NCBI GenBank assembly: GCA_963663475.2
Contig: CAXXJV010000001.1
Coordinates: forward strand, 736,001-800,000
Direction: 5' to 3'
DNA: 64,000 bases
Source: Candidatus Cloacimonadales bacterium
Lineage (GTDB): Bacteria > Cloacimonadota > Cloacimonadia > Cloacimonadales > JAFGVF01
Program-made: the position numbers and the translations under genes
The notes under the pieces: generated by a model
The model's database searches: none
What the model was told of the DNA's origin: nothing
The model's input: only the letters and a program-made list of their open reading frames with translations
Shown: piece after piece, positions 52,124 through 62,185 of the stretch
How positions within the stretch are numbered: position 1 is the first letter of the stretch
Layout of the letters: every line of letters begins with the position of its first letter

Positions 52124-53170
52124 ATGATTACATCTTTAGTTTTTCTTTCAAGTGGCATTTTTTTAGGCTGGTCTTTAGGGGCTAATCATGCTGGTATTTT
52201 TTGGGGTACAGCAGTTGGCACCAAGATGGTTAGATTTAAAACTGCTGCTACTCTCTGTAGTATTTTCGTAATTTTAGGTGCTGTTATTGGTGGTTCAGGA
52301 GCTAGTGCAACCCTCAATAAACTTGGAACCATTGAACACTTAGCTGCTGCCTTCACTGTGGCTCTAGCTGCAGCCCTTACAACCTACTTCATGAGTCGGG
52401 CTGGGATTCCTATATCTACAAGTCAGGCTATCATCGGCTCTATAATCGGCTGGAATGTCTATTCACATCTTTTAACAGACTATGTAATACTGCTAAAAAT
52501 TGCTTCAACTTGGGTGGTTTCCCCCATTCTAACTGGTATAACAACCTACATTCTCTTTAAGATTGTCCAATATTTCTTTAATCGGACTAAGATGCATATG
52601 GTACAGATTGATAACCTTACCCGTTATGGTCTAGTTTTAGTAGGTATTTTTGGATCTTATGCCTTAGGTGCTAATAATATTGGTAATGTTATGGGAGTAT
52701 TTGTCTATTCTAATCCTTTTAAAGCACTCAATCTCTTTAATATTATTAGTCTAGATCCTACAAAAATTCTCTTCTTTATCGGAGGAATGGCTATAGCTAT
52801 AGGAGTTGCTACTTATTCTAAAAAAGTTATAAGCACTATTGGAAACAACCTCTACAAATTTTCACCTATAACTGCTCTGATTGTTGTGCTCTCTGTATCC
52901 CTAACAATGTTCCTCTTTGCATCTTCCTCTATTCATGACTTCCTTGTGTCTAATGGCTTGCCAGCTATTCCTTTAGTTCCTATTTCAGCTTCTCAAGCTA
53001 TTATTGGTTCAGTAATAGGACTAGGTATTGCTAGGAAAAATGTCGATGTTAACTTCTCTCAATTAAGAAAGATTTTCTTGGGTTGGCTTATTACTCCTGT
53101 TTTTGCTTTTTTAATATCATATATCTCTCTGTATTTTATCGAAAATGTCTTCTTGCAAATAGTTAATTAG
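52124..53170 (+). CDS. Inorganic phosphate transporter (PiT family)
   Basis: GAN motifs (LGANH, LGANNIGN) and P-S-SQA twice. Confidence 0.9.
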   Translation: MITSLVFLSSGIFLGWSLGANHAGIFWGTAVGTKMVRFKTAATLCSIFVILGAVIGGSGASATLNKLGTIEHLAAAFTVALAAALTTYFMSRAGIPISTSQAIIGSIIGWNVYSHLLTDYVILLKIASTWVVSPILTGITTYILFKIVQYFFNRTKMHMVQIDNLTRYGLVLVGIFGSYALGANNIGNVMGVFVYSNPFKALNLFNIISLDPTKILFFIGGMAIAIGVATYSKKVISTIGNNLYKFSPITALIVVLSVSLTMFLFASSSIHDFLVSNGLPAIPLVPISASQAIIGSVIGLGIARKNVDVNFSQLRKIFLGWLITPVFAFLISYISLYFIENVFLQIVN

Positions 53171-53465
53171 CCTGAATAGAGAGATAGAGAGATAGAGAGA
53201 TTCTTTACACGAATTAACACGAATTAGAGCGAATTTCACGAATAAGAAAAGCTATTTAACACAGAGTTCATAGAGGTAAAGAGGAGTTTCACAGAGTTTT
53301 TAAGAACTAACTAAACTCTTAAATTATTATCATCCTCATGTTTTTGTATCTCTTGTGTGATTCTCTTAATTCCCCTTTCAGCTCGTAAGAGCGGTATGAG
53401 AGGGGTGCCGTAAGGCGGGGAGAGTCTTAAATTGGCCTCTTTGTCATTGCATTTCTTGTAGCATG

Positions 53466-53536
53466 CTTAATCCTTCCTTTACAGTCTTTCGATGAAAGTC
53501 CATGTTTCATCGAAAGACTGTAAAGGAAGGATTAAG
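53466..53536. repeat. Perfect 32-bp inverted repeat with a 7-nt loop, nested in an outer 18-bp inverted repeat
   Basis: CTTAATCCTTCCTTTACAGTCTTTCGATGAAA-GTCCATG-reverse complement. Outer arms at 53407-53424 and 53580-53597. Confidence 0.92.
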
Positions 53537-54071
53537 GATGGAAAGAGGGAGATTATGGTTTATTTTTGTCAAATGTTTGCTCTTCCCGCCTTACGGCTCT
53601 AACTGGGAACGCGGACCAGACTGTGTAAAAAGAAATAGTCTATCCACGGATTTCACCAATTTCACGAATTACTTTTTGCTAAAAGCAAAAAAAGAGAGAA
53701 GAAAAAGATCCTTACCACAGAGTTACACAGAGTTTAGGAAAAAATTAGCTTGCTAAAAGTCTGCCTGTATTTGGGTCGCGGGATTCCAGCCCGCGTTTAC
53801 GCAGGTGACAAGTGGTTATGGGATTGGGTCGCGGGATTCTAGCCCGCGTTTATGCAGGTTACAAATGGTTATGGGATTGGGTCGCGGGATTCCAGCCCGC
53901 GTTTACGCAGGTGACAAGTGGTTATGGGATTGGGTCGCGGGATTCCAGCCCGCGTTTACGCAGGTGACAAGTGGTTATGGGATTGGGTCGCGGGATTCTA
54001 GTGTCAATAGCAGTTTAAATTGGTACAGTTTTGGCAGTTTAAAATGGTACACTATTGTAAATCATATTTCC

Positions 54072-54800
54072 TTATAGTTTTCCTTTCATTCTATAACTAT
54101 TTCCATCTATTAGAACTGTTTCTGCATGATGAACTAATCTATCTACTATAGCAGTAGTTATTACATTATCTCCAAAGGATTCTCCCCACTCTTGGAATAG
54201 CCTATTAGAGGTAATGATAATAGATCTATATTCATATAACTCATTTATTAGCTTAAAAAATAAACTCGCATTTACTGCCTTAATAGGAAGATAGCCTATC
54301 TCATCAATAATAATAAGATCATTTTTTACTAACTTTGAAATCCATTTTTTGAAGTTATTTTCTACATTAGCAATAATCATTTCATCAATTAGGTCATTCA
54401 TATTGTAAAAAATAACTTTATATCCTTTTAAGATAGCTTCATATCCTAAAGCTATAGATATATGAGTTTTACCTACACCAGGAGGACCCATTAATATTTT
54501 GTTTTCTCTGTTATCTATCCAAGTAAAGTCCTTCCACTCAGTAATCATTCTTTTAGTTATTGAATGCTGATATTTAAAATCAAAATCATCAAAACTTTTC
54601 AAAAGAGGAAATTTTGACCTTCTAATCTGTAAATTTATCATCGTTTGATTTCTACTATTGCATTCATTATCAATTACATATGAAAGAAAATTCATATAAG
54701 ATAACTGATTATCTTGTGCATATTTAAGATATGATTCTAAATTATTAATAGTATGCCTGCATCTTAGTCTAAATAGATTTTTCTTTAATGTTTCGATCAT
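54072..54800 (-). CDS. istB: IS21 helper ATPase IstB
   Basis: GPPGVGKT, LIIIDEIG, LYE--S-IITSN, DRLVHHA and G-SYR motifs. Confidence 0.95.
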   Translation of the reverse strand: MIETLKKNLFRLRCRHTINNLESYLKYAQDNQLSYMNFLSYVIDNECNSRNQTMINLQIRRSKFPLLKSFDDFDFKYQHSITKRMITEWKDFTWIDNRENKILMGPPGVGKTHISIALGYEAILKGYKVIFYNMNDLIDEMIIANVENNFKKWISKLVKNDLIIIDEIGYLPIKAVNASLFFKLINELYEYRSIIITSNRLFQEWGESFGDNVITTAIVDRLVHHAETVLIDGNSYRMKGKL

Positions 54801-56281
54801 TTTTTTACCACCTTATTATAAATTGATAAATCTCTCTGTATAACTGATTTTTTTGTTTCTATTATCCCATTGACTTGATTTTGATAGTTAGCAGATAACT
54901 TATTGCCTTTTATCTCTTCTTTGACTATAGACTCTATCTTTGTTGCTTTTATATCTTCTAATTCTAGTGCTTTAGAAATTATGTTTGACCAATTTAAGTA
55001 TTTATTTTTATTATACATTTTTAAAAATGCTAATAGTTGCTCTCTGGGATTTCTGTGATTATGTGCTATGAGTAAATTTAATAAAAGGATTATCTTGTCA
55101 TTATTGGGGAATAGTGAGCAAATATCTTCCTTTATATTATTAATTGTTTTCGAGTAGTCTATGTAATGACATTGAGATATGATAGGTTTTGTTCTTTCTC
55201 TGGAAATCCTATGAGATGCAACTTTTTTTCTACTATTCCTATCTATTATTTCTAAAGTGTCTTCATTTTCTTTAACTATAACTATCTTTTGTTGATAGAT
55301 ATAAGGAACTGAATATTTGTTACCATTCCATGAGATAAGACCTGTTTTATCTACTTTTCGTGTCTCTGCAATATTCAGGTTATATCTTCTTAATAGTTTT
55401 TCTTCTTCTTTAAACATTACTATAGGTCTTTCTCTAAGCGTACTGTGGATACGATTATTTACTTCTTCTAACCAGCTTTTTGATTTCAACTTAACTTCAG
55501 ATAAACTAGTAAATACTTCACCATCAAGAAAATCATACTTAACTTCTTGAACTTGTCTTTCTACCAACCCTTTACTTTCAGGATCATAACCTTCACAAAC
55601 ATAAGGACTTATTGTTAGATTATTCATAAATTGAAAAAACTTATTATTATAAGTTACTTCTCGATAAATCTCCTTTATAACGACTAGTTTTGTTTGATCA
55701 TAAACCATTGTCTCTGGGATATATCCAAAATATTCAAAGCAATCTTTATGGGCTTGGATGAAGTCTTGAGTCTTATAAGGTCTTGTTTGAAAATGTACAT
55801 ATTTCATTCGTGAATAGCAATAGCTAAACACACAAAAGTATATTTTTAACTTGCTCTTATCAGATAAATAGATATTATACTCTCCGGGATCAACCTGCAT
55901 CTGATTTCCTGGTTCATAATTGACAACTCGATAATAACGCTTAGTTGGTTGTATTAAATTATTTTTTATTTTTTTTGAAAAATTAAAAAAAGCTCTTTGT
56001 TTTACAGGTAATTTTCCATGCTGTTTGGATAATTTACGATATAATTTACTTAATCGCATATTAGGAAATTTTGTTAAATGTTTGCTAATTTCTTCCCTGT
56101 AAATTTCGAGCTTACTTGTTCGATTGACTTTCATTAAAGTTTTTTCTACGGTTTCAATGTCTTTTTGTAAGTAACCCATAACTGTTGTTTTAGAGATACT
56201 TAACTGTTCTGCTATTTCTCTTATACTCTTGCCATTTTCTCTTAATACTCTTATTGCGTGATACACTTGGACTCCTTTCAT
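54797..56281 (-). CDS. istA: IS21 transposase IstA
   Basis: N-terminal HTH; DDE residues in QVD, YDQTK and KGLVER; NKYSVP. Confidence 0.95.
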   Translation of the reverse strand: MKGVQVYHAIRVLRENGKSIREIAEQLSISKTTVMGYLQKDIETVEKTLMKVNRTSKLEIYREEISKHLTKFPNMRLSKLYRKLSKQHGKLPVKQRAFFNFSKKIKNNLIQPTKRYYRVVNYEPGNQMQVDPGEYNIYLSDKSKLKIYFCVFSYCYSRMKYVHFQTRPYKTQDFIQAHKDCFEYFGYIPETMVYDQTKLVVIKEIYREVTYNNKFFQFMNNLTISPYVCEGYDPESKGLVERQVQEVKYDFLDGEVFTSLSEVKLKSKSWLEEVNNRIHSTLRERPIVMFKEEEKLLRRYNLNIAETRKVDKTGLISWNGNKYSVPYIYQQKIVIVKENEDTLEIIDRNSRKKVASHRISRERTKPIISQCHYIDYSKTINNIKEDICSLFPNNDKIILLLNLLIAHNHRNPREQLLAFLKMYNKNKYLNWSNIISKALELEDIKATKIESIVKEEIKGNKLSANYQNQVNGIIETKKSVIQRDLSIYNKVVKK

Positions 56282-56740
56282 ATTGTCTCCTAGATTTCTC
56301 TATTTTTTTATCTAGGAAACTGTACCAGATTAAACTGCCATTTGTGTACCAATTTAAAATGCCATCTACATCTAGCCCGCGTTTACGCAGGTGACAAGTG
56401 GTTATGGGATTGGGTCGCGGGATTCTAGCCCGCGTTTATGCAGGTGACAAGTGGTTATGGGATTGGGTCGCGGGATTCTAGCCCGCGTTTACGCAGGTGA
56501 CAAGTGGTTATGGGATTGGGTCGCGGGATTCTAGCCCGCGTTTATGCAGATAGCAAGTGGTTATGGGATTGGGTCGCGGGATTCCAGCCCGCGTTTATGC
56601 AGGTGACAAGTGGTTATGGGATTGGGTCGCGGGATTCTAGCCCGCGTTTATGCAGATAGCAAGTGGTTATGGGATTGGGTCGCGGGATTCTAGCCCGCGT
56701 TTATGCAGATAGCAAGTGCTTACGTTATTGGGTCACTGGA

Positions 56741-57523
56741 CAGACTGTGTAAAAAAGAAATCAAATAAATAGAAAAAAAGTACTAAAAATGCATATAATA
56801 TATTGACAATAAATACTATAAGTATATTTTGATATAAAAATAGATCAGGAAATTATATTAAAAATGTGATACATTAAATGTGAAGATAGAGAGCAAATAC
56901 CTTTATTAAGTTATGACAGTTTAATACCTGAAAATCATATTGTCAGAGTTGTTGACTCTTTTATAGAATTTTTAGATAGAACTAAATATAAACTTAAATA
57001 CATTGAACCTAAAGAAACAGGAAGAAAAGCATATCCGCCGAAGACAATGTTAAAACTTTATTTGTAGAGATATACACAAAATATCAGATCAAGCAGAAAA
57101 CTTGAAAAAGCTACACATGAAAATATCCCATTCATCTGGCTAATGAATGAACTAAAACCTGATTTTAAAACTATCTCTAATTTTAGAAAAAACAATAAAA
57201 AGAGCTGTAAACTAATTTTTAACAAAAGATTGGAAATTGTAAAAGGTGAGTTTGCATTAACTTGCCTTGCTTATAAGCTAAAAAGAATATTAAATATTTT
57301 AGGATTTGATAAGATGATTGCGTCTATGAAAAGTTTCTTTGACAAAAAAGCTAAGAAATTAGCTTTATTTTTAGTTTATTTCAACTTATTTATAAGAAAA
57401 ATGATAAATATTCTTTATTATCACTCAAAATTAGAAAGTTTATGCTACTAAAACAAAAATATCCTCTTCTTATATTAATTACTTCGATTTGATAATTTGA
57501 TAATTTAATTTTTACACAGTCTG
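56741..57523 (+). mobile_element. Internally deleted IS1182-like element
   Basis: Terminal IRs CAGACTGTGTAAAAA / TTTTTACACAGTCTG enclose a transposase remnant. Confidence 0.82.
56864..57451 (+). pseudogene. IS1182-family transposase pseudogene (N-terminal DUF772 region joined to the extreme C-terminus)
   Basis: One frame reads M*YIKCEDREQ...GRKAYPP-TMLKLYL*...IRSSRKLE...WL---KPDFKTISNFRK-N, then KGEFAL-CLAY-LKR-LNILG. Stops at 56867 and 57065; the DDE core is absent. Confidence 0.85.
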
Positions 57524-57741
57524 GATAGCTTGTCCGCACAAGCACTTGTAAGTAAGTGCTTGTTAAACACTAGCTAGCTTTCAGGATTGGTGGTTAATTT
57601 GATGGTTAATTATTTATTTTCTTTCTTTCTTATTCGTGAAATTTGAGGATAGACTTCTTTACTACACTATGAGGATTTTCTTGTAGGCAGTTTTCAAACT
57701 GCCTACTGAGGGAAGGATCCTCGCCTTACGTCAACTCTTCT

Positions 57742-58944
57742 CTAAAGATCTAATCCACTTTTCTGGTTTAGCTTAAGTTTATGTTTAATTCTATTAATGC
57801 GGGTTTCTGCCTCACTAATTGCATTTGAATCGAAGCTACTAGCTTCATGTAGCATAATATAGGCCTTTCTAGCATAGTAAAAGGCTTGTGAGAGGTCTTT
57901 GATTTTGTGTTCATACAGCATAGATATCTCCAAGCAAATGCTGGGAGAGTTAGCTTCTTTTCCTTTGAGATACTTAATAGCTAATTGGTATTTCTTTTCT
58001 CTTTTCAGAAGGGTAGAAAGCAACAAAATAGCTTGGTCGGAAGCAGTCTGCCTAGCAGCTAGTTTTTCTAGTAAGGCAAGAGCTTGTTTAGTCATCCCTA
58101 TATCATTTAAGAGTTTAGCTAGGTGAAAATAATCAATTTTAAAATTATCTAAAAAAGCTAAATCTAAAAAATGTAAATCATTACAGATAGCTAAAATCCT
58201 TGTTAAAGTAAATAAGTCTTGGCCATTATGATAGAAAACATTAGAAATATCTTCAGCATTGTTAGTTGCTAGATAATCAAAATAAGCCTTGGGGATAAAT
58301 TCACCAGGAATATCATTCGAATAGTCTCTAATATAGTTAAAGATAACCGCTTCAATATTTTGTAGTTTGCAACCTTGTAAGATTGGTTTCCACAAGCGTC
58401 GAGAAAGATGGAGAAGGTCAAGAAAGTCTAAGTTTCGAATAGAATAATCACTTTTATGAAATTTAAATCTGTTGTCTAGGAGAGGGATATCATAACATTT
58501 ACCATTATAACTAACTAAGATTTTGAAGTTACTTAGAAGTTGGGAGAGAAGTTTCATTAATAGGGGTTCATTATCTGGTGATTCGATAAAGTATTGCTTG
58601 AGTTGCCACTTATTGTCTCTATAGTAGAGAATACCAGTCAGAAAAGCGTAGGTGTTTGCTCCCCTGTCAAGTCCAGTTGTCTCTGTATCAAGAAAAACAA
58701 TTTCTTCTGCTTGGGCATAATTAAATATCTTACTATACTTGTGTAACCAATTGGGAATGCAAGGAGGTAAGTCAGAAAGATTAGCTTCTTGCTTAGCTAC
58801 AAAAGCTTCTTCATGGATGAAAACACGCTGGGAATTTTCACTATAATAGGAGCCTGAAATAAATTTATCAATTGGCTGATAATCTTTTTTTATAAGATCT
58901 TTCTGATCAGATAAATCATCTAAAAATAGTTTAAGGTTAGCCAT
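57742..58944 (-). CDS. RNase_H_2/DEDD exonuclease with TPR-like C-terminus (MrfB/YprB-like)
   Basis: FLDTETTGL, SYNG--YD-P-L, DLLH and YHN--D motifs; coupled to a DUF1998 helicase. Confidence 0.85.
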   Translation of the reverse strand: MANLKLFLDDLSDQKDLIKKDYQPIDKFISGSYYSENSQRVFIHEEAFVAKQEANLSDLPPCIPNWLHKYSKIFNYAQAEEIVFLDTETTGLDRGANTYAFLTGILYYRDNKWQLKQYFIESPDNEPLLMKLLSQLLSNFKILVSYNGKCYDIPLLDNRFKFHKSDYSIRNLDFLDLLHLSRRLWKPILQGCKLQNIEAVIFNYIRDYSNDIPGEFIPKAYFDYLATNNAEDISNVFYHNGQDLFTLTRILAICNDLHFLDLAFLDNFKIDYFHLAKLLNDIGMTKQALALLEKLAARQTASDQAILLLSTLLKREKKYQLAIKYLKGKEANSPSICLEISMLYEHKIKDLSQAFYYARKAYIMLHEASSFDSNAISEAETRINRIKHKLKLNQKSGLDL

Positions 58945-61438
58945 TGTCTGTTTCCATAATTTCTCTTAATAGATCTAAGACACTTTCCTTAGCACCATAA
59001 CCATTTTCAGCAATAGGACCAGTACAAGAAGGGCAACCTTCCGCACAAGAACAATCTTTAACCTGATCATAACATAGTTGCAAGATTTGAGATAGATTAG
59101 AAAAGACTTTTTTAGAAAGTCCAATACCTCCTCTAAAGGTATCATAAATGATTATAGCCCCTTTGCCATCACCTAAAAGCGAATCATCATTATAACTAAC
59201 CCTAATATCATTGTTAGAACACATAAGATAAAGAGGAGTAAGATTTCTAATTAGATAAGCAAGTCCTCCCATAGTAGATTGAATTTTTACTGGGATTTCA
59301 GCATTGCGATGGCATTGTTTGCAAAGAGTAATTAAATTTTCCATTTTATTAGCTTGTTGAGGATTGGTGAAAGATTTGAATGGCTTGATATGATGAACAT
59401 CAAAAGGAACGCTAGATTCTAATTTCCCACAGTTTTGACAGGTATAATGGTCTCTTTGCTTAACTGTCTGACTAATCTCTTTCCAATCTTTTCCATACTT
59501 GTTGCTTTTCCCACTATTTCCCTTGGTCTCTAAGAAATTTTCATAAAAGTCAGAAAGAGTAATTATTATTCCTTTAGTAGGTAAAGTTGTTTGTGGTAAA
59601 TCGAGGTCAAGAGTGTCAAGAATCTCACGACTTCCCCATTTAATCTTTTTAAAAGCAGTTACTTGAGTATGGACATTTAAGATTGCATAATGAGTTTTGC
59701 CATAAGGATAAGTGTAAATATCAAGATCATCAATTAATTGGTAGTCAGTCTTGATTACAGGCTCAGTAAAATAGTCTTTATCATGATAAACTACTTCAAT
59801 ATTCTTGAGTTTAGAATCAAAGTTTCTTACTAGATAGGGTTCTCCATTATGAATATAGACAGCTTGTTCATGGGCAAACCAATAAGCAGAATTATTGTCT
59901 ATAGTCCCAATATTTTTTCCTTGGAAAACTACTGAGTAATTGTTGGCAGAAATAGATCTTAAGGATGTTTGGTGGGCAGGAGTAGTGGGTGAATTCCAAT
60001 AAACAACTTGGTCTCTTTCTATAGCCTGTCCCTTATCTAGGAGATAATCTAAGAGCTCATTTACATCAGTTTTAGGAACTCCATAATAGGTTTCTCTTCT
60101 GTCAAAAGGCAACTCATAGAGAGCACATTTGAGGTGGTTAAGGAGGATGTAAGGATTATTAGCATCAAGTAAAGCCTGTTCAGGTGTCTTGTTAAAAAGA
60201 TATTCAGGATACTTAACTAAATACTGGTTAATTAAGGTTGAATTGGCTACTAAGACTACTAATGAATCATTACCTGTTCTTCCGCTCCTTCCTGCTTGCT
60301 GGAGAGTAGAAGCAATTGTTCCAGGATAACCATTAATAATAACAACATCTAAATCACCTATATCAATGCCTAATTCCAGAGCATTAGTAGAAACTACACT
60401 AGTTAAAAGTCCTTCCTTTAATTGCTGCTCTATCTCTCTTCTCTCCTCTTTCAAATAACCAGATCTGTAGCCTGCTAAATCTCTGCTATTTTGATTCTTT
60501 AGGTTGTTAACAATTAACTCTACTGACCTTCTTGACCTAGTAAAAATGAGAGTTTGGATATTCTGCTTATTAAAAAACTTGGCAATTCTACTTGTTTCCT
60601 GAAGAGCATTTCTCCTGATACCTAAGTCTGCGTTAACTAAAGGAGGATTGTAGATTAAAAAATGACGATTCCCTTGGGGAGATGTGTCCTTATCTACAAT
60701 CATAAATAGCTGTTCTATGATAGAAGTAATGAAATCACGAGTATTCCCTAAGGTGGCAGATGTCAAAACAAATACTGGTGCTGAACCATAATAAGAACAA
60801 ATTCTCTTTAACCTTCTAATCAGATTAGTGAAGTGTGAACCAAAAATACCTCTGTAGATATGAACTTCATCAATAATAACATATTTCAAGTTAGCAAAAA
60901 ATTTAGTCCAAGAAGAGTGATTAGGTAAAATACTTACATGGAGCATATCAGGATTACTAATAATAACATTTGCAGTATCTCTGATAGCCTTTCTATCACC
61001 TTGATTAGTATCCCCATCATAGATAGAAATATGTGGTTTTCTTTGGGAAATCTGACCAAATATTTCCCCTAAAGCATTAAAAGATTTAGACTGATCTTGA
61101 GCTAAAGCTTTTGTAGGATAAAGACAGAGACTTGTGTTGTCTGGATTGAAGGAAAGTGAGTGAAGAATAGGAGCTTGATAACAAAGACTCTTACCTGAGG
61201 AAACTCCAGTGCTTATAACTGTGTTTACACCCTTCAAGATATGCTGTATTGCCTTAGCTTGATGTAGATAAACTTTTTGATAGCCCACTTCTTTTAGGGT
61301 TTTAATTACCCTGGGATGGAGACTTTGGGGAATTTCAGTCCACTGAGCTTGTCTGGCCTTATCTACATGTTGCACTGCTATGTTTGTTTGAAAACTGCTA
61401 TTCTCAAGAAATTTATCTAAATTATCATAATTACTCAT
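58937..61438 (-). CDS. DEAD/DEAH helicase with DUF1998 Zn domain (MrfA/YprA/Hrq1-like) and an inserted HNH domain
   Basis: SSGKS, DEVH, SAT, TNALELGIDIG and QQAGRSGR motifs; C...CSC--GCPSC; HNH C--C...VHH...N--NL--LC--CH. Confidence 0.9.
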   Translation of the reverse strand: MSNYDNLDKFLENSSFQTNIAVQHVDKARQAQWTEIPQSLHPRVIKTLKEVGYQKVYLHQAKAIQHILKGVNTVISTGVSSGKSLCYQAPILHSLSFNPDNTSLCLYPTKALAQDQSKSFNALGEIFGQISQRKPHISIYDGDTNQGDRKAIRDTANVIISNPDMLHVSILPNHSSWTKFFANLKYVIIDEVHIYRGIFGSHFTNLIRRLKRICSYYGSAPVFVLTSATLGNTRDFITSIIEQLFMIVDKDTSPQGNRHFLIYNPPLVNADLGIRRNALQETSRIAKFFNKQNIQTLIFTRSRRSVELIVNNLKNQNSRDLAGYRSGYLKEERREIEQQLKEGLLTSVVSTNALELGIDIGDLDVVIINGYPGTIASTLQQAGRSGRTGNDSLVVLVANSTLINQYLVKYPEYLFNKTPEQALLDANNPYILLNHLKCALYELPFDRRETYYGVPKTDVNELLDYLLDKGQAIERDQVVYWNSPTTPAHQTSLRSISANNYSVVFQGKNIGTIDNNSAYWFAHEQAVYIHNGEPYLVRNFDSKLKNIEVVYHDKDYFTEPVIKTDYQLIDDLDIYTYPYGKTHYAILNVHTQVTAFKKIKWGSREILDTLDLDLPQTTLPTKGIIITLSDFYENFLETKGNSGKSNKYGKDWKEISQTVKQRDHYTCQNCGKLESSVPFDVHHIKPFKSFTNPQQANKMENLITLCKQCHRNAEIPVKIQSTMGGLAYLIRNLTPLYLMCSNNDIRVSYNDDSLLGDGKGAIIIYDTFRGGIGLSKKVFSNLSQILQLCYDQVKDCSCAEGCPSCTGPIAENGYGAKESVLDLLREIMETDNG

Positions 61439-61545
61439 TAACTTGATACCTCCTTACTGATATCAGTAAAGTCAACTAAATCAATATTGCATTTAAGTCA
61501 AACAATTTATCCCAAATCTAGCTAGAAAAATATCTCAGACTAACT

Positions 61546-61841
61546 TAAACCCAATAATGCAGTAGATCTTTGTGAATAACACTATATTATTCTGAAAAAG
61601 TAACTTCCATAATTTTTCCGAATATATATGTTATATGCGTCAAAATTCTGTAAGCTATTTTGCTAGAATAATCTGCACTCTTCACTAAAGTTCTACTACA
61701 CAATCTGGGTTAAACCATATAATGCAGTAGACCTTTGGGAATAGCAGAATCTTCTTTTGCTAAAAGAATCTAGCACTCTTCACCTGTGATACCTAGCTTT
61801 AGCGAAGTATTATCAAAGTTCTAATGTAGTATTAGGGTTAA
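61546..61841. mobile_element. Cluster of MITE-like copies (TIR AACCCA-ATAATGCAGTAGA)
   Basis: TAAACCCAATAATGCAGTAGATCTTT ... AAAGTTCTACTACACAATCTGGGTTA, then a second copy. 61764-61840 matches 11986-12062. Confidence 0.65.
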
Positions 61842-62089
61842 AGTGTGGAAAAAAATCAACACTTTTAAATTTAAACTTGGGGGATTAAGGCCTTCTTGAA
61901 AAGTTTTTCTACGTTAGATAGCTTTTTGCTAGCTGAGAGATAAGTATTAAATTTTCAACTACTTTTAGATATATAAGCTTTATTATCTCAAATTAAGTTG
62001 TGATTGTTAGTAAGTCTATATTCAACATAAATCTGTCATTAGTCTGTTTCAGACTAGACTTTATAGGAAAGTTTTAATTAGCCCCAGTA

Positions 62090-62185
62090 AAAAAGAGGAA
62101 GCGTTAACTGAGCAGTTAACGCTTACCTCCATTACATGCCAACCCATTATTAAGGAGAACTGTTTTCACAAGTTCATATTACCCT
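62090..62185 (-). ncRNA. Candidate ~95-nt small RNA with its own promoter and terminator
   Basis: Minus-strand TTGACA (62213-62218) plus TATAAA/TAAAAT, a GAAA-tetraloop hairpin, and the terminator GAGGTAAGCGTTAACTG-CT-CAGTTAACGCTTCCTC-TTTTTT. Confidence 0.45.

Larger units (their letters stand above)
54002..56370 (-). mobile_element. IS21-family insertion sequence, apparently intact
   Basis: TG...CA ends. IRs TGTCAATAGCAGTTTAAATTGGTACA / TGTAGATGGCATTTTAAATTGGTACA (rc) with doubled subterminal repeats. 5-bp TSD TCTAG (53997-54001, 56371-56375). Contains istA and istB. Confidence 0.95.
53617..56740 (+). repeat. Leader (53617-53771) plus an 11-unit 53-bp array split by IS21
   Basis: Units start at 53772, 53825, 53878, 53931, 53984 (interrupted), 56411, 56464, 56517, 56570, 56623 and 56676, with a partial unit at 56729. 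Confidence 0.93.

Noticed and set aside
50563-53170. ppx-DUF47-pit cluster and the TetR-HlyD-ABC cluster (30620-35951) as novel systems
   Set aside because: Ordinary, widely distributed phosphate-homeostasis and YbhGFSR-like exporter arrangements.
56864-57067. Stop-codon reassignment or readthrough suggested by in-frame TGA/TAG
   Set aside because: Confined to a decayed transposase; intact genes use TAA, TAG and TGA as normal stops and the tRNA-Trp anticodon is CCA.
57143-57451. 102-aa ORF as a functional gene
   Set aside because: It is the distal part of the IS1182-like pseudogene, which has upstream in-frame stops and no catalytic core.
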